A DNA stretch of 20,000 nucleotides from an uncultured virus (IMG/VR IMGVR_UViG_3300028392_001454) (taxonomy: Duplodnaviria; Heunggongvirae; Uroviricota; Caudoviricetes; Crassvirales): IMG/VR virus record IMGVR_UViG_3300028392_001454. One strand, 5' to 3'. The translations under genes and the position numbers were made by a program. The notes beneath the pieces are model-generated. The model had not been told where the DNA came from, made no database searches, and worked only from the letters and a program-made list of their open reading frames with translations. Below, in pieces: positions 15,901 to 20,000 of the stretch (position 1 is the stretch's first letter; every line of letters begins with the position of its first letter).

Positions 15901-18900
15901 AAAGGCTCACCACCTTGAGATCTTATTATATCCATTCTTCTAATAACCATACCACCTTCAGAATCCATTCTAGCTATCATTTGACGTATGTAGAATGATC
16001 TACCAGCTACTTTTCCGCTCTCAGATAGTACGTAGTCTGTATTAAGTATTTTCTGAGTTAACTCCGCAGCTTTCTTAAGTGCATTTTCTTGAGTCACCTT
16101 ATCTGTTGACATGGTATCCTTTTCTAAAGACTTTAACTGATCAAGAAGATTAGTTCTATGATAACTCATAGTCGCTAGGTCCTCCTCTGTAGGATTGAAT
16201 GTAGACTTACCAGTCTCAGATATTTCTTTTTCTATCCTAGAACCCCAATCATCTATTTTTCTCTCTGCTACGTCAGCTATTGACTCATTAGGTTTAGCCT
16301 CTGACTTCATAGTCTTCATAGCGTCATCAACGCTTTTCTCCCAAGAAACTGTGCCACCTTGTATTTTACCTAATGATTCAATTTCTTCTTTAGGAGTTAT
16401 ACCTTCCTTATGTATTGGTGTTTCTGGATGAAGTGTTTTCTCTAAATTATTAATAAGCTCTTTACCGATAGGTCCAATACCTTTTATTTCGTTTCCAGTT
16501 GCTGAGTTAACCCATGTCCCTTTCTCGTTTTTAAAGTAGGTCTTGCCTTTGTAGTCTATCTCTTGTTTCTTAATAGGTTTTTTACTACCCATTAAATCAT
16601 TTATTTTTTCAGGAGTTAAACCTAATTTATCAGCAACAAATTCTATTCCTGCTTTAATATCTGCATCAGACTCTCCAGCCTTTCTTTTAGATTCTATATA
16701 ATTTCTTATTTGAGAATCTTGTGATTCAACAGAGAATTTAGCACTTGTTTTTGTTATTTTTGATAATTCAGAACTTGTAATATCACTTACTTTTTTACCG
16801 CTTAATATTTCTTTTGCAGCAGCATCTACAAATTGGTTTAAGTTTAAATTTTGAAATTGTTCAGAAGTCATAGATTCAAATCCTACAACTTTTTTTATAG
16901 CATTATATAATTTATCTAACCAATCTTTAAAAGATCTTTTTTGTGCTTCATTAACAAAAAGTTCTCCTTTATCACCTATTGCTTTAGCTAAAGCTTCATC
17001 TGCAACCGCATCTTTAATAGCTTCTACATTTTTACTGTTTTCATTTATAACAAATTTCCCTGTATTTTTATCTTTAACAATAGCATCAGCACCAAATTCT
17101 GCTTTTATTATTTTTTGATATTGAGAATCATTCAATACAAAGTCGTGATATTTACTTCCAGTAACTAATTCAACACCTTTAGAATATACTTCTGGCTTAT
17201 AGTTTTTAGCAAAAGAATTCCAAACATGACCAAATTCATGAATAGGAGTATTATTATTTAAATACTCTGGATTCAAATATATTCTTCCGTCTTTTACAAA
17301 ACCATAAGATTTACCGTCTTTATTAAATATTTTTTGTGCTTTAAAATCAGATTCAAATTTATTATATTCACTTGAATTTATTTCAACTGATACTCCTGGG
17401 AAAGCTTTTTGTAAATATTTAACTAACTTTTCTTGGGCTGATAATTTTGGATTTTCAAATATTGATATAAATCCAGTTTTAGCTTTTTGTAATAAATTAT
17501 TAAAAGTAGTACCATTTATTTTTTGAGTATATCTTTCTTCTAATGTAGATTTACTTAACTTATAACCTTCTTTTTTTAATTTACTAAATAATTCTTCTTT
17601 TGATTCACCAGATAAATTAACTCCTTTTTTATCTTTAATTGAAAATTTATCAGTTCCTTTACCCTCTTGAGCATAAAATTTACCATCTGCATCTTGGTAT
17701 ATAGATACTCTTACTTTTTTATTATTTATTCTAGCATTTTCATCAACAGTTGTTGTAGCTGTTTTAACAAAATTATCCATCATTTCTGGTGAAATTCTGT
17801 GCATTTGTGTGGTTTCATTAAATAAACCTACAGGAAAACCTTCTACACCATATGGATAGTTATTATGTCTTTCTCTATTTTCATCTTTTATTACTTTAGA
17901 TTCTGGATCTATTGCCAACAATATCATTGGCTGACCTTTATCTATACCTTTCATTGTAGGTTCTTCTATTGCGTTTGATACGCTTTCTATAGAAATACCT
18001 TTGCTTTTTAAAAGTTCTCCTAATCTATTACCAGTTTCTTTAGATACTGTTTTTTCAGATGATAAAAATACTTTTTGAATTATACTTGCTTTTGAACCTA
18101 AAGATAATTTAGAATCTTTACCATGAAGAACGTTTTCTAATTCAACAAAATTATTTGCAGAATTTATAAGTTTTATATAATCTTCTTTACCTTCCCATTT
18201 TAATTTTAATAATCTTTCTTTAGCTAGTTTAAAGAATAATTCTTTTTCTGATTCATTTAAACTTGTTTCTATCTGTCTAAATGCTTCTTTTGTATGGGCT
18301 TCATTACTTAATATACCATCATTACCCATTTTATATATAGAAACTAAACCATAGTCTTTGTCATCTGGTATAGTTTCATTTAATCTTTGTTTTTGTTCAT
18401 CTGTAAGATTTAAATTATCAAAGTAATGTTGTTTTAATTCTTTACCAGTTATTTTATCGGCTTTTTTAGCTGCATTAATCATAGCAGTACCAGCACCTTC
18501 TCCTACAGAAGCCCAACCAAAAACTTTTTTACCTTGCTGTATTTTACCGTCAATTAAATCTATTAACGATTTAAATGGATATCCTATACCTCCCTCTTCT
18601 CTAATTGTTTTCTTTTCTATTTTACCAGTTTCTGGATTCATTACATCAACTGTTCTTTCTCCAGTAGTCAACGTATCTGACATTCCTAAACCTACAAATT
18701 TTCCGAATATAGAATTAAGAGGTATTCTTAATTTATTCATTAAACTTGCTTCTGGTCTTTTATCTGTTTTATCTATTGTTATTTTTTGAGTAGGAATTGA
18801 TGGATCAATTGTGTCGTCAATACTTACAGTTTCTGAAGTTGACTCATTAGGATTATCTAATGATTCATCAAATATCTTTTTAACATTTTCTGCTTGATCC

Positions 18901-20000
18901 CCACTTAAGTTTTCATTTAAATCTATTTTAAACTGCGGCTTAACATTATCTTGAAATTCAGTGCCTGTACTTTCTGTTTCTGGAGTTATTCCTAAATGAG
19001 TTAATAATCCTTCACCTATTTGCTGTGGTTTTGGCTTAACTTCTACTATCTCTGCTTCTTTTAAAGGCTTACCATCTTGTTTAAAAAACAACTCTGGATT
19101 AAACTCACCCCATCCTTCAGACGTTCCTCTTTTGGTATCGTATAATATACCTCTTCCATTTGACAGTTGGGCAATGGCTTGTTGTTTAGTATCCTCTAAA
19201 AATTTACCCATCTCTGAGCTAGTAAGAGGTCTTGATGTCTCTACAGAAATACTAGGCTCTGTGCCTTGTATCTCGGAATGAGATATAACTTTAATATCTT
19301 TAGGAAGTTTAGACAACACATCCTCAGCAGACATTAATTTATCAGTTCTTCCCTCAACTAGTCCTATATTTAAATGATGTCCGTTTGGAGCGTTTTCAAC
19401 CTTTACAGACTCACCAACAAACTTAGCTGGTGGTTCACTTCTTCTCTTCTCTTCTTTAAATTCAACAGCTTCCTTATACTTATCCTTAAGTTCTTGAGAT
19501 ATGTCAGACTCATCAATCATTTTAGTGATTTCTGCTTGATCCATCTTCTCGTTATCCTCTTTTAGATGGTATAGCTTGTCATATCTATTCTGAGAGTTTC
19601 TTTCATCATTTATAGCGTCATATACCTGCTTTAGTTTCTGATCCTTAGTTTCTGGTATAACAGACTCGTATCCTTTCTTGTCATTACTAACGTATTCTTC
19701 ATTGAATGGTTTCTTAATAACGTCTCCTTCTTTAACCTCCACATCATGAGGTTTAAACTCCTTAGTTGTCTGAGCTCTTGTCTTACCATCCCACTCAGCA
19801 ACCACCATGTCATACCCTCTCTCTCCAGCAACCTTAGTCATATATGCCAACTGATCGTTTGGTGAGAATGCTATCTCTGGATGGTCCTCTTTAAATCTTG
19901 TTCTAGCCTCCTCTATAAGATTCTCTGAGTCTGTGTTGAAGTCGTACACCTTGTCCTTAGGAACCTTAACTGCATACTTACTACTACCCTTAACCATGGA
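12933..20000 (-). CDS. Giant polyvalent-type virion/DNA-ejection protein (>2354 aa, 5'-truncated) with a zincin metallopeptidase domain
   Basis: The frame is open to the window edge. Zincin motif GFVKDGRIYLNPEYLNNNTPIHEFGHVW...DEALAKAIG (HEFGH at 17226-17240), a long K/E-rich helical region, and a C-terminal Gly/hydrophobic segment GGLGLVMAGLAAMGYL. Confidence 0.8.
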   Translation of the reverse strand, partial: SMVKGSSKYAVKVPKDKVYDFNTDSENLIEEARTRFKEDHPEIAFSPNDQLAYMTKVAGERGYDMVVAEWDGKTRAQTTKEFKPHDVEVKEGDVIKKPFNEEYVSNDKKGYESVIPETKDQKLKQVYDAINDERNSQNRYDKLYHLKEDNEKMDQAEITKMIDESDISQELKDKYKEAVEFKEEKRRSEPPAKFVGESVKVENAPNGHHLNIGLVEGRTDKLMSAEDVLSKLPKDIKVISHSEIQGTEPSISVETSRPLTSSEMGKFLEDTKQQAIAQLSNGRGILYDTKRGTSEGWGEFNPELFFKQDGKPLKEAEIVEVKPKPQQIGEGLLTHLGITPETESTGTEFQDNVKPQFKIDLNENLSGDQAENVKKIFDESLDNPNESTSETVSIDDTIDPSIPTQKITIDKTDKRPEASLMNKLRIPLNSIFGKFVGLGMSDTLTTGERTVDVMNPETGKIEKKTIREEGGIGYPFKSLIDLIDGKIQQGKKVFGWASVGEGAGTAMINAAKKADKITGKELKQHYFDNLNLTDEQKQRLNETIPDDKDYGLVSIYKMGNDGILSNEAHTKEAFRQIETSLNESEKELFFKLAKERLLKLKWEGKEDYIKLINSANNFVELENVLHGKDSKLSLGSKASIIQKVFLSSEKTVSKETGNRLGELLKSKGISIESVSNAIEEPTMKGIDKGQPMILLAIDPESKVIKDENRERHNNYPYGVEGFPVGLFNETTQMHRISPEMMDNFVKTATTTVDENARINNKKVRVSIYQDADGKFYAQEGKGTDKFSIKDKKGVNLSGESKEELFSKLKKEGYKLSKSTLEERYTQKINGTTFNNLLQKAKTGFISIFENPKLSAQEKLVKYLQKAFPGVSVEINSSEYNKFESDFKAQKIFNKDGKSYGFVKDGRIYLNPEYLNNNTPIHEFGHVWNSFAKNYKPEVYSKGVELVTGSKYHDFVLNDSQYQKIIKAEFGADAIVKDKNTGKFVINENSKNVEAIKDAVADEALAKAIGDKGELFVNEAQKRSFKDWLDKLYNAIKKVVGFESMTSEQFQNLNLNQFVDAAAKEILSGKKVSDITSSELSKITKTSAKFSVESQDSQIRNYIESKRKAGESDADIKAGIEFVADKLGLTPEKINDLMGSKKPIKKQEIDYKGKTYFKNEKGTWVNSATGNEIKGIGPIGKELINNLEKTLHPETPIHKEGITPKEEIESLGKIQGGTVSWEKSVDDAMKTMKSEAKPNESIADVAERKIDDWGSRIEKEISETGKSTFNPTEEDLATMSYHRTNLLDQLKSLEKDTMSTDKVTQENALKKAAELTQKILNTDYVLSESGKVAGRSFYIRQMIARMDSEGGMVIRRMDIIRSQGGEPLTKEQEVQLAKIQAEEKELANDYDKMPEYSQEDFDAELNRRIKESVSKTKSERINKKLTESGKELADKIRQAKLSKGGLRTDLSLGAYDAAIEAIAKLVENGAKLGDAIKDILKMPEYKDIDENDLIKSILGGMDKKDILDNIKSESKDSLSKVSVAKGDISKLVDTYIEEGLRGRELFDQMNTDLREIYPNITDQQVRDAFLKTGEFKLESKNIIDATKAEAKAELNGIAKLEAQLDNIKENKVKEKNPVKRRKLTEEENALRKKLDTILKSKGIEIERASSKEVEVKKQLAKSFNENVDSILETIDKEIESGNVSNEDIAHLNKVKSDIESTKVNENTSEKINNAVERGIKKLDEVKVDVAGNDNILNKIAETNVENRSNSANNEQDVLLSRHKTNLERKIKSSEEKINNGEFEEKPRTQRLKTDAEAIKLEMKARAIDTKYRRMRDIAAQKNMKWWEKGLSLGQSFLVNELIGGLGTSANVVASGLAKQPLNTLTESTFGLAAHTLFPELSKRAGSEGKISSLKEKQRYRAHYAKLGPEGMKKIWAKTEKNLKTAEDNYNSNPTDKNKEKLRNALVANQSNFIYDWIGSDAWKDSSDVFLKAASTLEEMTGKGEKVGWNKMTGLEKTEMLMGAMGASHGYFKNFSARAEFAASFVSRLDQKSKLGVDISDPNVIIETIDESLVNFMMGKYQQDNYATSAMKSIGQALENPKNPKWEKYGKVASALFKAKYPIIRTGVNIGREAIQEYLLGSMFGSAIHGKAVVKGIFDGVKNSEPIKESITKEIKKMPSDKVDLIFRCYRKGGLGLVMAGLAAMGYLRFGGFTADKDRKRKEGELAQGELELFGHNLGHEGSKPLSHLAFTYPALIIANNNRIMAKEGEDMDKIQKSVTSNMSSMLRTIPVFNEGMSPLYSPSVPYGRAAADISKFYDTNEEGELIGRDKSTLKNRFLQNIGLRKMTPKTPEFMTKEELRAEAKKQKEEIKRRGAN

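Larger units (their letters stand above)
1..20000. mobile_element. Bacteriophage genome segment (tailed dsDNA phage, probable Bacteroidota host)
   Basis: Dense overlapping small ORFs with ATGA/TAATG coupling, a primase-helicase, an SF2 helicase next to a VRR-NUC nuclease, a giant polyvalent-type protein, and no cellular housekeeping genes. Starts are A-rich without SD motifs. Confidence 0.9.

Noticed and set aside
14710..19831. + strand ORFs (14710, 15415, 16195, 19374) and alternate-frame ORF 19631..19831 within the giant gene
   Set aside because: The + strand ORFs are Ser/Leu/Phe-rich antisense shadows of a K/E-rich coding strand; the alternate-frame ORF has no independent support.
1..20000. 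Diversity-generating retroelement, integrase, tRNA or rRNA genes
   Set aside because: No reverse transcriptase or recombinase motifs, no ~100-bp TR/VR pair differing at adenines, and no recognisable cloverleaf or rRNA sequence in this window.

Overview
A 20-kb segment of a dsDNA phage genome, probably infecting Bacteroidota/Flavobacteriia. The host inference rests on a VirE_N/BT4734-type primase, A-rich translation starts without Shine-Dalgarno sites, and a TAnnTTTG promoter element. The + strand carries a tightly packed replication/early region: an AEP primase-PriCT-SF3 helicase, about 20 small genes, an SF2 helicase, a VRR-NUC nuclease, an HTH protein, a calcineurin-like metallophosphoesterase and a possible MazG-like protein. 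It converges at an 18-bp palindromic terminator with a giant (>2354 aa, 5'-truncated) minus-strand gene that resembles a polyvalent virion/ejection protein and carries a zincin HExxH domain. The most notable feature is a very AT-rich array of small genes (about 3478-6306). Their junctions carry a recurring DNA element, TTAAAAA(C/G/T)AAATAA(G/A)AT, and several of the proteins combine the same short conserved modules (TAVEWL, QAKEME, Y[ST]EE[DE], WFxxFKxK) separated by unrelated sequence. This suggests a repeat-mediated gene-cassette or module-shuffling system. All product calls come from motif recognition by eye; no database searches were run.
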